This document shows positions 46,874-57,020 of a DNA stretch of 64,000 bases, in pieces. Numbering within the stretch: the first letter of the stretch is position 1; each line of letters starts with the position of its first letter. The position numbers and the translations under genes are program-made. Below the pieces are notes generated by a model. The model had not been told where the DNA came from, made no database searches, and saw nothing but the letters and a program-made list of their open reading frames with translations. Source of the DNA: Verrucomicrobiota bacterium (GTDB lineage Bacteria > Verrucomicrobiota > Verrucomicrobiia > Limisphaerales > UBA11358); the NCBI GenBank assembly GCA_049509875.1, contig JBEKZM010000001.1, positions 107,485-171,484 of the forward strand, given 5' to 3'.

Positions 46874-47254
46874 ATGAGCATGGAAAATAATTGTCCAACC
46901 ACCGGAGAATTTAGCTGGAACGAACTGGTATCCAACGACGTTGTCGGCGCCAGGAATTTCTACAGCAGCCTTTTTGGCTGGCAGGCCGAGGCCTTCGGTG
47001 GTGGCGCCGACTACACGTTGTTCAAGCAGGGCGAAACGATGGTCGGCGGACTGATGAAGTGTCCCAAGGCCGGCGTGCCCTCCCACTGGCTGCCCTATGT
47101 GACGGTGGATGACGTGGACGCGTCCGCCGCCAAGGCCGTGTCGCTAGGAGCGCAAACCGTCATGGAACCGTTCGACGTGCCGACGGTGGGCCGGATTGCG
47201 GTGCTGATCGATCCGCAGGGTGCGGCGATCGGGCTGTTCAAGCCCGGGAAGTAA
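46874..47254 (+). CDS. VOC/glyoxalase-family protein
   Basis: GEFSWNELV, FYSSLFGW, HWLPYVTVDDVDA, DPQGAAIGL. Confidence 0.9.
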   Translation: MSMENNCPTTGEFSWNELVSNDVVGARNFYSSLFGWQAEAFGGGADYTLFKQGETMVGGLMKCPKAGVPSHWLPYVTVDDVDASAAKAVSLGAQTVMEPFDVPTVGRIAVLIDPQGAAIGLFKPGK

Positions 47255-47271
47255 AGATGCTCCTGCCTGGG

Positions 47272-48045
47272 TCACATTCGGACAGGAATATTTTTGCCGG
47301 CCAGAAATCGTTTCACATCGCCAACCGTGTAAGTGCCAAAATGGAAAATGCTGGCTGCGAGCACGGCGTCTGCCTTGCCTTCGAGCAGCACCGCAGCCAT
47401 GTGTTCCAGCGTGCCGGCGCCCCCGCTGGCCACCACGGGCACCCCCACTGATTCGCTGATGCGCCGCGTGATCACGAGATCGAAGCCGGCCTTGGTGCCG
47501 TCGGCATCAATGGAATTCAAGACAATCTCGCCGGCGCCGAGAGCCACGGCCTGCTGGGCCCAGGCGATGGCGTCCAGGCCGGTGTCGGTGCGGCCGCCAC
47601 GCGCGAAGACGCTCCATTGGTCCGGACCCGTCTTCTTGGCATCGATGGACACCACGATACATTGGCTGCCAAATTTTTCCGCGCCTTCGCGGATGAGTTC
47701 CGGCCGGGCGAGGGCGCTGGAGTTGATGCTAATTTTATCCGCCCCCGCGCGGAGCATGGCAAACATGTCGGCCACGGACTTGAGGCCGCCGCCGACGGTC
47801 AGCGGCATGAAGCACTGGTCGGCCGCGCGTTCAATCACGTCCACCATCGTCGCGCGCCCATGCGCGCTGGCGGTGATGTCAAAAAAGACCATCTCATCCG
47901 CGCCTTGTTCATTGTACCGAAGCGCCAGTTCCACGGGGTCGCCGACGTTCTTCAATTCACCGGCCTCGGCCCGGCCAAACTGGACGCCGCGCGTGACCTG
48001 GCCGGCGTGAACGTCCAGACACGGAATGACACGTTTAGCAATCAC
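47272..48045 (-). CDS. hisF: Imidazole glycerol phosphate synthase cyclase subunit
   Basis: [54 protein letters not shown]; GTG start at 48045. Confidence 0.96.
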   Translation of the reverse strand: MIAKRVIPCLDVHAGQVTRGVQFGRAEAGELKNVGDPVELALRYNEQGADEMVFFDITASAHGRATMVDVIERAADQCFMPLTVGGGLKSVADMFAMLRAGADKISINSSALARPELIREGAEKFGSQCIVVSIDAKKTGPDQWSVFARGGRTDTGLDAIAWAQQAVALGAGEIVLNSIDADGTKAGFDLVITRRISESVGVPVVASGGAGTLEHMAAVLLEGKADAVLAASIFHFGTYTVGDVKRFLAGKNIPVRM

Positions 48046-48191
48046 GCAGATATTGAAGCGGCAGGGGGGCGACAAAGCAAACGAATCCGGTTGACCTTCC
48101 GCCATCCCGCCAGGTGGCCCGACCAGACACCCGAAACGCCTCAAAACGAAATGTTTTCTGCGGGCCCGCAAAACCGGGCCCGCCAAGACTG

Positions 48192-50405
48192 CTACTTGCC
48201 CGGCGGGAGGTTGGTGGTAAGAGGAACGACGGAATTTGTCGGGGGCACATAATGCCAGACATTAGTACCGAAAAAGGCTGCCGGCTGCAGGGCTGGCGGC
48301 AAATGGCCGTCCAGTTGCCGGAAATACCATAAGCCGCCAAGCACGGCGAGGATGACCACCAGCGCTGCGACGGCTTTGGGCCAGGGGCTTTTCTTGTCCG
48401 CGAACGGATCAGCCAGATCCGTTTGTGAACCGGGCGGCAGCGCGGCGATCTGCGTCAGGCTGGCGCCGAACGGCACGTTCATTTTGGCCTTCGAATTGAC
48501 CGCCCAGCCGTTCGCATCCAGGATGGGGCCCAGATTGCGCTTGCGCAACTGCAGCCAGGCCATGACGACCGAGGGCAGGGAAACGGCGAGGAGCAGACCG
48601 ATGATGAGCAGGGGAATCTTCCAGGCGGGTTCGCCAAAAATTTTCGCGAAAATCACTCCCAAGGCGCCCATCAACGTTGTCAGTACGAGGCCGATGGCCG
48701 CCAGGGTGCCGGTGTCAATCTTGGACGGCGCGGGAGCCGCGGCGCTGGCGGTTGAGGTGACCGTCGATTGCAGATTGGCCGTCGCGGCGGCATCGGCCGA
48801 GGCGGCGTGCTTGGCGACTTGCTCCTCGATGAAGCGCACCAGTTTTTTGTACGGAGCAAAAAACGCCTGCCGCAGGCTAATCGGATTGGAAACGATTTTG
48901 GTAATGGTGGCATCGTAATCGTTGCCTTTGCGGTCGTAAAAAATTCCGTTGCGGCCAACCATCAGGTTGTCGTCACTGCCTTGGGAAAAGACGGCCAGGA
49001 TGCTCAGTTTGTCGCCGGTGGCCTTCCGCACGCAGTCCACATAAGCCAGATAAGCGCCGGCGAGTCCGGCCATGGTGGCGTGTTTGGCGGCATCCTCGAC
49101 CGTGAGGCACAAATCGCAACTGCGCTGGTCCAGATACAACCGCCCCGCCTGAAAAATCGCGGGGATTTCGCGGCTATAGAAATTTTTAAAGTTCACGAAA
49201 TTCACACACAACGTGTACAAGTCGCGATTGTACCGGATCAATTTCTCCACCGCGGCAATCGCGTTGGCTTCGGGCTCCAGCGCCTTGTCCTGGGCGATCA
49301 GGGCATCGATTTTTGCTTTGGCGTCGCTGGCCAGAATTTCGCGCAGGCGCTTCAGGCCCAGCTTCTCCACCGCGGCGCCCACCTTGCTCGTGGACCAGGT
49401 CTCGAACGCGGCCAACTTCGCGCACACCGCGCTCCATTCGGCCTCGGTGAGCGAGCCTTTATCGCCCACCAGCGGCTGGACCGCGCTGGTACGCAGCGTG
49501 GCCAGGGCGCCAGCCCAGGCGGGGTTGACCCCCCCGGCCAGCGGCAGCGGCTTGCCCGGCGCAATTTGCACCAGCGGGAATCCGGCGATTTCCGGGGCAT
49601 TGGGCATCAGTTCCCGGGCCGCCAGCGCGACATATTCCGTTTCCGGACGATTCAAAGCCGCCGTGGCCCGGGGGTCGAATTCGGCCAGCCGGCAGCGGGT
49701 GAAATAATCGTCCACTTTGGTTTTCACCGCCCTGACGGCGGCGGCGGCGGCGGCCGTGGCGTCGCCCAGCGGCAGGATGACTTGGTTGCCCTCCGCCTGA
49801 TTCCACCAACCGGCATGCGCCTGCGCCGCGGCGAAAAACGCGTCGGTCCTGGCCTGGCTGACGCCCGGTTTGCCGCTGCGATCCGTCTCGGAACCGAGGC
49901 AGGCGATGATGTCGCCAATCACCGACCTCGTGGCGGCGTCCGCCGCAGCGTCCGCCGGAATGATGCCGTCGCCGTTGAAATTGGTCGCGGCAAAAATCTT
50001 GGCCGTATCCGCAGTATCGTCGAGCCCAATGACGTCGGCGCCCGGTTTGCCCAGATTGGCAAGAATTTGTCTGGCGGAGGCAAGGATTTGTTTGCCTTCG
50101 GGCACGGCATCGTTAATGGCCGCCAGCGAAAGCGCAGGCGAACCTTGGAGCAGGTCGTCGGGATTTTTGAGCAGGCCGGTCGCCCACTTCGCGGCGGCGA
50201 TGACTTCGGGCACTCGCACGCGCCCATCCTTGTCGGCATCGATCAAGTCAAGTGTCCGGCTGTCGAATTCCAGCCCGTGGGTCGGGCACGCCAGCGCGAC
50301 CCATAGCTTTTGGTCAAGCTGATCGAGGTTCGCGAGATCGCGGCCCGACTCCAGTTTCACCTGGTCGAACCCGCCGGCGCGGAAGAAACTCCATGTGTAG
50401 CTCAT
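48192..50405 (-). CDS. Conserved hypothetical membrane protein with EF-hand-like motifs
   Basis: 737 aa with GC-rich codon bias; [12 protein letters not shown] 12-residue loop, NFNGDGII; three C-terminal hydrophobic segments. Confidence 0.75.
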   Translation of the reverse strand: MSYTWSFFRAGGFDQVKLESGRDLANLDQLDQKLWVALACPTHGLEFDSRTLDLIDADKDGRVRVPEVIAAAKWATGLLKNPDDLLQGSPALSLAAINDAVPEGKQILASARQILANLGKPGADVIGLDDTADTAKIFAATNFNGDGIIPADAAADAATRSVIGDIIACLGSETDRSGKPGVSQARTDAFFAAAQAHAGWWNQAEGNQVILPLGDATAAAAAAVRAVKTKVDDYFTRCRLAEFDPRATAALNRPETEYVALAARELMPNAPEIAGFPLVQIAPGKPLPLAGGVNPAWAGALATLRTSAVQPLVGDKGSLTEAEWSAVCAKLAAFETWSTSKVGAAVEKLGLKRLREILASDAKAKIDALIAQDKALEPEANAIAAVEKLIRYNRDLYTLCVNFVNFKNFYSREIPAIFQAGRLYLDQRSCDLCLTVEDAAKHATMAGLAGAYLAYVDCVRKATGDKLSILAVFSQGSDDNLMVGRNGIFYDRKGNDYDATITKIVSNPISLRQAFFAPYKKLVRFIEEQVAKHAASADAAATANLQSTVTSTASAAAPAPSKIDTGTLAAIGLVLTTLMGALGVIFAKIFGEPAWKIPLLIIGLLLAVSLPSVVMAWLQLRKRNLGPILDANGWAVNSKAKMNVPFGASLTQIAALPPGSQTDLADPFADKKSPWPKAVAALVVILAVLGGLWYFRQLDGHLPPALQPAAFFGTNVWHYVPPTNSVVPLTTNLPPGK

Positions 50406-50751
50406 AATTGATTCGTTGTTCTGTCTCCTGAAACCGGTACTAATTTTAACCGTATTTGCCGGTTCTTGCCAAGCAAAGATTATTCACTGGAACACAGCAA
50501 TTAATGCGGCTGCAGGCACATTTTCGACCGGCGCGTCGGACGGGGCATCGCCCACGGGATGGTTTGCGGGCGCCACCAGCACACCGCCGATGTGCTAGAC
50601 GAAGATAATCCTCGGAACACTTGCCGCGATTAAGAATACGCCGGGATGTTTCCAGCGGCGGGCCAGATTCATGGCGCCTTCAAGCAATTCTGGAAGTCGT
50701 TCACGCGGTTCGCGCGCGAAATGCGGCGCGACGCCTGTTCCACCCCGGCGC

Positions 50752-51525
50752 TCAAATGCTCATGGCGGTAAATCCGCCGTCCACGACGATTTCCGCGCCC
50801 GTGATGAAACTGCCCGCATCGGAAGCCAGCAACAAGCTGGCGCCGATCAATTCGTGCGGCTCGCCGAAGCGCTTCATCGGCGTCTTGCCCATGATTTGAG
50901 TGACGCGATCCGGGCTGAGCACCCGGCGATTTTGTTCTGCCGGGAAAAATCCGGGCACCAGGATGTTCACCCGCACGCCGGAAGCAGCCCATTCGCGCGC
51001 GAGGTTCTTGGACAAGTTGTGAGCGGCGGCTTTGGAGGCGGAATAAGTGAACACGCGTGAGAGCGGCGTAAGGCCCGAAGCCGAACCCAGGTTGATGATG
51101 CTGCCGGCTTTCTGACCGACCATGTGTTGGCCAAAGACCTGGCAGGCAAGCAGGAGACCCTTGAGGTTGACCGCAATGATGCGGTCAAATTCCTCCTCCG
51201 GGATGTCAAAAAACGGCGTTGGTGAATTGATGCCGGCGCCGTTTACGAGGATATCCACGCGACCAAACGCCTTCAGCACTCCGGCCAGCAGGCGTTCAAG
51301 TCCCGCCCGGGACGTGGTGTCACAGGGAAAAAACTCCGCCCGACCACCGTTCCGGGCGATCTGGTCAAGGCGGGCCCGGGCCCTGGCCTCATCGCGGCCG
51401 ACCAGGGCGACGGCGGCGCCCGCCGCGGCCAGACCTTCGCCCAGCTCGCCGCACAGCACGCCGGTGCCCCCAATCACCACCGCCACTTTGCCTTCGAGGG
51501 AGAACAATTCCGCCGGTGTTTTCAT
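50752..51525 (-). CDS. SDR-family oxidoreductase (gluconate/mannonate dehydrogenase-like)
   Basis: [31 protein letters not shown]. Confidence 0.9.
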   Translation of the reverse strand: MKTPAELFSLEGKVAVVIGGTGVLCGELGEGLAAAGAAVALVGRDEARARARLDQIARNGGRAEFFPCDTTSRAGLERLLAGVLKAFGRVDILVNGAGINSPTPFFDIPEEEFDRIIAVNLKGLLLACQVFGQHMVGQKAGSIINLGSASGLTPLSRVFTYSASKAAAHNLSKNLAREWAASGVRVNILVPGFFPAEQNRRVLSPDRVTQIMGKTPMKRFGEPHELIGASLLLASDAGSFITGAEIVVDGGFTAMSI

Positions 51526-51757
51526 CAGTTCGTTCTGTTCAGGTTAATAAAGACGGATGCCGGGTTGGCGGCCATTCGCGCCTCCTCGTGTTGGGAAACG
51601 CACCGCTTCGTCCGGTGGAAAATGGATCGTGGCGGCAGCCGCTTTTCGCGGGATGGGAGAGTCATGACGTGACCATGATACGGAGATGGCGGGGATGAAT
51701 TCAAACTGGAATTGAGCAATTCCCGTTCTGGCCTATAGTTCATATGCTTGAAAATTC

Positions 51758-51952
51758 ATGGAAACTGCTGAACTTGCGCGCGTGCTGGTGGCGCTCGGCT
51801 GCCCGGCCGGGAAATCGGCCGGCCTGGCGGCCCAACTGGACAAGCGCGCCCGCCAACTTTCCGTTGAAAAAGGACGCAGTTACGAGGAGGCCTTGCAACA
51901 CCTGCTCACGCTCATGCGCCAGGGTTGGGCCGCCAAAGAAAAAGGGTTTTAG
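51758..51952 (+). CDS. Small hypothetical protein (64 aa)
   Basis: ATG start, GC3-rich codons, helical composition, co-oriented with NUDIX gene. Confidence 0.55.
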   Translation: METAELARVLVALGCPAGKSAGLAAQLDKRARQLSVEKGRSYEEALQHLLTLMRQGWAAKEKGF

Positions 51953-52036
51953 ATTTACGATATACGATATACGATTTGCGCGCCGCCGCGCTGGCAGCGC
52001 AGCCCGAAAACCATGAATCGCCTATCGTAATTCGCC

Positions 52037-52603
52037 ATGATTGCCCCCTGGAAAAAGATCCGCTCGGTTCCCACCGGCGACTTCCGCATATTCAAAATCC
52101 GCACCGACACCTGTGTCAATCCGCGGACAGGCGCCGAACACGACTTCTTTGTGCTCGACAGCGTGAACTGGGTCAACATCATCGCCGTCACGCCGGATCA
52201 GAAACTGGTGATGGTGGAGCAATATCGCCTCGGGTCCAACACCGTGGAATTGGAGATTCCCGGCGGCATGATGGATCCGCATGAGACCGATCCGGTGGCC
52301 ACTGCCGTGCGCGAGCTGCGGGAAGAAACGGGCTACGAGGGCGAGCACGCGCGTTTACTGGGCCGCGTGCTCTCCAATCCCGCCATCTTGTCCAATGTGA
52401 CGTACACCGCGTTGATCGAGAATTGCCGGTTGCGGCATGAGACCGAGTTTGACCACGCCGAGGACCTGGAGACACGGCTCATACCCGTGTCGGAGATTCC
52501 CCGGCTCGTGGCTGACGAAAAAATCCAACACAGCCTGGTGGTGGTGGCGCTCTACCACTTTGACCTGTGGCAGCGGGGGATCAAGAAGATCGCGGTCCAC
52601 TGA
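52037..52603 (+). CDS. NUDIX hydrolase (ADP-ribose pyrophosphatase-like)
   Basis: Nudix box EIPGGMMDPHETDPVATAVRELREETGY; VEQYR. Confidence 0.92.
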   Translation: MIAPWKKIRSVPTGDFRIFKIRTDTCVNPRTGAEHDFFVLDSVNWVNIIAVTPDQKLVMVEQYRLGSNTVELEIPGGMMDPHETDPVATAVRELREETGYEGEHARLLGRVLSNPAILSNVTYTALIENCRLRHETEFDHAEDLETRLIPVSEIPRLVADEKIQHSLVVVALYHFDLWQRGIKKIAVH

Positions 52604-52738
52604 AGCCCGCGCGCCGGAGGCGCCGCGATTGGCGCGCGGCGTTCACGCCGCTTCAACTTCCGCCCCCCACCACGCGGAAAATCGTTCGACGCCGGCGTCA
52701 CGGCGATGGCCGAAGCGGGCTGAAGCCCGCGCGCCGGA
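52600..52738. repeat. REP array: 19-bp direct repeat at 120-bp period with inverted arm
   Basis: ctgaagcccgcgcgccgga at 52600 and 52720; gcgcggcgttcacgccgcttc versus gaagcgggctgaagcccgcgc. Confidence 0.75.
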
Positions 52739-52792
52739 TGCCGCGCTCACGCTGCTTTAGCCGGGAAACGCCGGTTCCGCCCCGGAACGAAA

Positions 52793-53878
52793 TCACCAGG
52801 CGCGGGCGTATTGATTGGGCGGCGGCAGCTTGTGGCCCAATGCCTTGGCCGCGTGCGCCGGCCAGTACGGATCCACCAGCATCTGGCGCGCGAGCAGCAC
52901 CACGTCCGCCTTCCCGCTGCGCACGATCTCGTCGGCCTGTTTTGCTTCCGTGATGAAGCCGACGGCGGCGGTGGCAATTTTCGCATCGCGGCGGATTTTT
53001 TCGGCAAAGGGCACCTGATAACCGGGCCCGACTTTGATTTGAGCATCCGGGACCACGCCGCCGGAACTGCAATCGATCAGGTCCACGTCCACGGCTTTCA
53101 GCAGCTTCGCCAGCGCAATGCTCTGTTCGATCTCCCAGCCGCCATCCTTCCAGTCGCTGGCCGAAATGCGCACGCCCAGTGGCAGCGTGTCCGGCCAGAC
53201 CTGGCGCACGGCCCGCGCGGTCTCCACGAGGAAGCGGACGCGGTTGTCAAAAATGCCGCCGTAGCGGTCGGTGCGATGATTGGCGAATGGTGACAGAAAC
53301 TCGCTGAAGAGGTACCCGTGCGCCGCGTGCAGTTCCAGCCACTCAAAACCCGCCGCCAGCGCGCGTTTGGCGGTGGCCACGAAATTTTCCCGCACGCGGA
53401 TGATGTCGGCTTCGGTCATGGCGCGCGGGACCTTGGGCAGGATGTCGCCAAACGGGATCGCGCTGGGCGCAATCGTCTCCCAGCCGCCCTGCGCCTCTGA
53501 TAAATGTGCGCTGCCGCGCCAGGGCAGGTCGGCCGACGCCTTGCGCCCCGCATGGGCAATTTGGATGGCGGGCACGGCTCCGTGCTGTTTGAGAAAGGCC
53601 GCTATGCGCGCCAATGGTTCGGCCTGCGGGTCGGACCATAAACCGAGGCAGCCAGGCGTGATGCGGCCCTCCGGCGACACGGCCGTGGCCTCCACGATGA
53701 CGAGCCCCGCGCCGCCCACCGCCCGCGCGCCCAGGTGCACATGATGCCATTCGTTGGCCATGCCATCGATCGCGGAGTATTGGCACATGGGTGAGACACC
53801 GACCCGGTTCCGCAAGGTGATCGAGCGGAGGGTCAGCGGTGAAAACAAGTGCGGTTCATGATGGGAGTCATTTTCCAT
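52793..53878 (-). CDS. NADH:flavin oxidoreductase (old yellow enzyme, YqjM/NamA-like)
   Basis: NRVGVSPMCQYS, QIAHAGRKAS, ELHAAHGYLFSEFLSP, TDRYGG, GYQVPFA. Confidence 0.93.
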   Translation of the reverse strand: MENDSHHEPHLFSPLTLRSITLRNRVGVSPMCQYSAIDGMANEWHHVHLGARAVGGAGLVIVEATAVSPEGRITPGCLGLWSDPQAEPLARIAAFLKQHGAVPAIQIAHAGRKASADLPWRGSAHLSEAQGGWETIAPSAIPFGDILPKVPRAMTEADIIRVRENFVATAKRALAAGFEWLELHAAHGYLFSEFLSPFANHRTDRYGGIFDNRVRFLVETARAVRQVWPDTLPLGVRISASDWKDGGWEIEQSIALAKLLKAVDVDLIDCSSGGVVPDAQIKVGPGYQVPFAEKIRRDAKIATAAVGFITEAKQADEIVRSGKADVVLLARQMLVDPYWPAHAAKALGHKLPPPNQYARAW

Positions 53879-53909
53879 GGGCGAAGTAAATAATTCCAAA
53901 CCGGGAGAA

Positions 53910-53934
53910 ATGCAATCGGCATTGCATATGCAAT
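53910..53934. promoter_or_regulatory. Putative repressor operator upstream of the OYE gene
   Basis: ATGCAAT-cggc-ATTGCAT-ATGCAAT; includes perfect 14-bp palindrome ATTGCATATGCAAT. Confidence 0.6.
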
Positions 53935-54216
53935 ATTTCGAACGTCTGCAAACCGTCCTGGCCAGCCCTCTGGCACGCGGGCCAGCCTGGCTTCCGGCCA
54001 ATAAAGATCAGGGCACATCACATTTGAGCACAGTATAGCCTCCGATGATCCAGCCTTGGCGATTGAAAGATCGGATTTGATTAAACTGGCTTCTTACTTG
54101 AGCGCCGTGCTCATCAAACTTCGGTCCAGGCGACCCTCTTCGGCGGGCCATTATTTGCCTCGGAAGAATTAATCGCCGGGTTGGTTTCATTTGTGATAAA
54201 AAGACCCGGAACTAAC

Positions 54217-57000
54217 ATGAGAAAAATGCTTTCCGGAACCAGCCATGGCCTCGTGCTGGCGATATTGGGGTTGGTCGTTTTGCCCTCCAAAGCAGCGCTT
54301 CCCCTCGAGCCAGCCGGGTTGCGCTGTGAATATCTGGCCGACCCGATTGGCATCGATGTGATCCAGCCGCGCTTGAGCTGGGTGTTGACCTTGAAGCAAT
54401 CCACGACGCTGGGACGCCTGTTTGCCCGCCGCAACGAGACGCGCGGCAAGGAACAAACCGCCTATCGCATCCTGGTGGCCAGCAGCGCTGACAAGCTGGC
54501 GGGCGATCAGGGTGACCTCTGGGATTCCGGCGAAATTGCTTCCGACGAGACGGCGCAGGTTGTCTATGCTGGCGTGGCGCTCACCTCCCGCCAGCAATGT
54601 TTTTGGAAGGTCGCCGTCTGGGACGAGCATCGTCAGAAGTCCGAATGGAGCACCATGGCTACCTGGGAAATGGGGCTGCTTCAGCGGCCGGACTGGCAGG
54701 GATCATGGATCGGGATCAATATGCCCGCGCCAGCCGATGCCTTTTCAGCAAATCCGGCGCCCTATTTGCGCCGCGATTTTCAATTGCGTCCAGGTGTCAA
54801 ACGGGGGCGGCTTTACGCCAGTGGCGTCGGCAGCCTTGAACTGCATCTCAACGGGCAAAAGGTTGGCGGCAATCGCGAACGTGATCCGGGCTACACCGAT
54901 TTCAACAAACGCGTGCTTTATGTGACCTACGAGGTCACGTCCCTGCTTCGTTCGGGAGCCACGAATGCCATTGGCGCCATCTTGGGAACCGGTTGGTATG
55001 ACGTCCACGACGTCGCGGTATGGGGATTTGAGCATGCTTCCTGGCGCGGGCGTCCCCGGATGCAATTGATGCTGGTGGTTGATTACAAAGACGGTCACAT
55101 CCAGACACTCAGCAGCGATGATTCGTGGCGGGCGACCAGCCAGGGACCGATTCGCTGTGATGGAATTTACAGCGGAGAAATCTACGATGCCCGCCGGGAA
55201 ATGCCCGGATGGGATGAGCCGGGGTTCGACGACCATTTGTGGCCGGCGGCGGACGTGCTGCCCGCGCCCGCCGGGAAACGGGCGGCCTTGCGGTGCCCGC
55301 CCATAGCCATTGTAAAAACCATGGTGCCCAAAGCGATCACCCAGCCGCAACCAGGCGTTTATGTGGTGGATATGGGCGAAAATTTCAGTGGTCACGCACA
55401 ATTGGCGGTGCAAGGACCGGCCGGCACGAAAATTCGGATGCGCTATGGTGAATGTCTGGCCACCAACGGCATGGTTGACCGGTCCTCCATATCGGAGTTT
55501 ATGCCTCCGCCGAGGGCTTTTCAGGAGGATACCTATGTTTGCAAAGGCGCCGGCACCGAGACCTGGGAACAGCGTTTTTCCTACAGCGGCTTCCGCTACG
55601 TCGAAGTGACCGGGTTTCCCGGCCAACCGACCGCAGCCAACTTTCGCGGCCGTTTTGCCCACACCGACCTCGAGCCGGCCGGAGAATTTTCCTGTTCCAA
55701 TGACGGTCTCAACCAGGTCCAGCAGGCCGCCGTGCAATCCTATTTGTGCAATGCGCAGAACATTCCCACCGATTGTCCCACGCGCGAGAAAAATGGCTGG
55801 ACGGGCGACGCACATCTGGCCGCGGAGGCCGGGCTGATGAATTTCCGCTCCGCTGCGTTCTATGCCAAGTGGCTTGATGATATCGAAGACAACCAATTGC
55901 CGGACGGACGGGTCGGGGTGATTGTGCCGAGCGCTGGCTGGGGGTTGGGCGACTGCCAGCCTGCCTGGGATAGTGCCTATCCATTGATCGCTTGGGATTT
56001 ATTCCAATACTGTGGTGACCGGCGCGTGCTCGTTCAGCACTACGACCGGCTGCGGCTCTATGTGGATTACCTGACCGCCAGAACTGCCAACGGCATTATC
56101 ACCCTGACCGACACCCTGGGGGATTGGTGCCCTTGGTCAACCGAAACGCCCAGCCAGTTAACGGCCACGGCCTTTTTTTACGAGGACGCCAGAATCGTGT
56201 CCCAGGCGGCGGCACTGCTGGGCCATGCCGGGGATGCCGTGAAGTATGCCGCGCTGGCTGAAAAGGCGAAAATCGGGTTCAACGAGAAGTTTTTTGAGGC
56301 CGCGAATAATTCCTATGCCAACGGCAGCCAGACCGCCCTGGCGACCGCGCTCTACTTTGGCCTCGTGCCGGGGGGCCGGCAGCCGGCGGTGCTGGGCAAT
56401 CTTGCCAGCCAGGTGGAAACGCTAAAGCACATTGACACTGGCATCCTGGGAGCCAAATGGCTGCCCGCCGCCCTCTCGGCCGGCGGCCGGAGTGATGCGG
56501 CCTATCTGGTGGCAGCGCGGACAAATCAGCCGGGCTGGATTGCCATGGCTCAGGATTCCAAGACGCTGTGGGAACAGTGGCGGGAACCTCACTCGCGCAA
56601 TCATATCATGTTTGGCTCGATCAGCGGGTGGTTTTACCAATGGCTGGCGGGCATCAACTGCGACCCGGCGCAGCCGGGCTTCAAACATATCATCATTCAA
56701 CCACAGCCGGCTGGCGATCTGACGTGGGTTAAGGCCGCCTATGATTCGATTCGCGGGCGCATCGTAAGCAACTGGAGCCTGCAAGCAGGCGTGCTGACCA
56801 TGGACATAACGGTGCCGGCCAATACCAGCGCCACGGTTTATGTGCCCGCCGAAAAGGAAACGTCCGTAACCGAGTCAGGCCAGCCCGCCGCGAAAGTCCC
56901 GGAGATCAAATTTCTGGGCCTGAATCATGGCGCGGCGGCTTATGAGGTTGGCTCGGGCACCTATGAATTCTCGTCGCTCCTCCCTGGATCGAATCCATGA
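54217..57000 (+). CDS. Alpha-L-rhamnosidase, glycoside hydrolase family 78 (secreted)
   Basis: Signal peptide, LRCEYL..PIGID..PRLSW, APYLRRDF, YDARRE, IPTDCPTREKNGWTGDA, TLWEQW, SRNHIMFG. Confidence 0.93.
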   Translation: MRKMLSGTSHGLVLAILGLVVLPSKAALPLEPAGLRCEYLADPIGIDVIQPRLSWVLTLKQSTTLGRLFARRNETRGKEQTAYRILVASSADKLAGDQGDLWDSGEIASDETAQVVYAGVALTSRQQCFWKVAVWDEHRQKSEWSTMATWEMGLLQRPDWQGSWIGINMPAPADAFSANPAPYLRRDFQLRPGVKRGRLYASGVGSLELHLNGQKVGGNRERDPGYTDFNKRVLYVTYEVTSLLRSGATNAIGAILGTGWYDVHDVAVWGFEHASWRGRPRMQLMLVVDYKDGHIQTLSSDDSWRATSQGPIRCDGIYSGEIYDARREMPGWDEPGFDDHLWPAADVLPAPAGKRAALRCPPIAIVKTMVPKAITQPQPGVYVVDMGENFSGHAQLAVQGPAGTKIRMRYGECLATNGMVDRSSISEFMPPPRAFQEDTYVCKGAGTETWEQRFSYSGFRYVEVTGFPGQPTAANFRGRFAHTDLEPAGEFSCSNDGLNQVQQAAVQSYLCNAQNIPTDCPTREKNGWTGDAHLAAEAGLMNFRSAAFYAKWLDDIEDNQLPDGRVGVIVPSAGWGLGDCQPAWDSAYPLIAWDLFQYCGDRRVLVQHYDRLRLYVDYLTARTANGIITLTDTLGDWCPWSTETPSQLTATAFFYEDARIVSQAAALLGHAGDAVKYAALAEKAKIGFNEKFFEAANNSYANGSQTALATALYFGLVPGGRQPAVLGNLASQVETLKHIDTGILGAKWLPAALSAGGRSDAAYLVAARTNQPGWIAMAQDSKTLWEQWREPHSRNHIMFGSISGWFYQWLAGINCDPAQPGFKHIIIQPQPAGDLTWVKAAYDSIRGRIVSNWSLQAGVLTMDITVPANTSATVYVPAEKETSVTESGQPAAKVPEIKFLGLNHGAAAYEVGSGTYEFSSLLPGSNP

Positions 57001-57020
57001 AGACCGTCCGGTCTCCCGAA

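Noticed and set aside
50416-50598. 60-aa ORF resembling a small secreted peptide or RiPP precursor
   Set aside because: TTG start, no SD, lies in the upstream region of the 737-aa gene, and no modifying enzymes nearby
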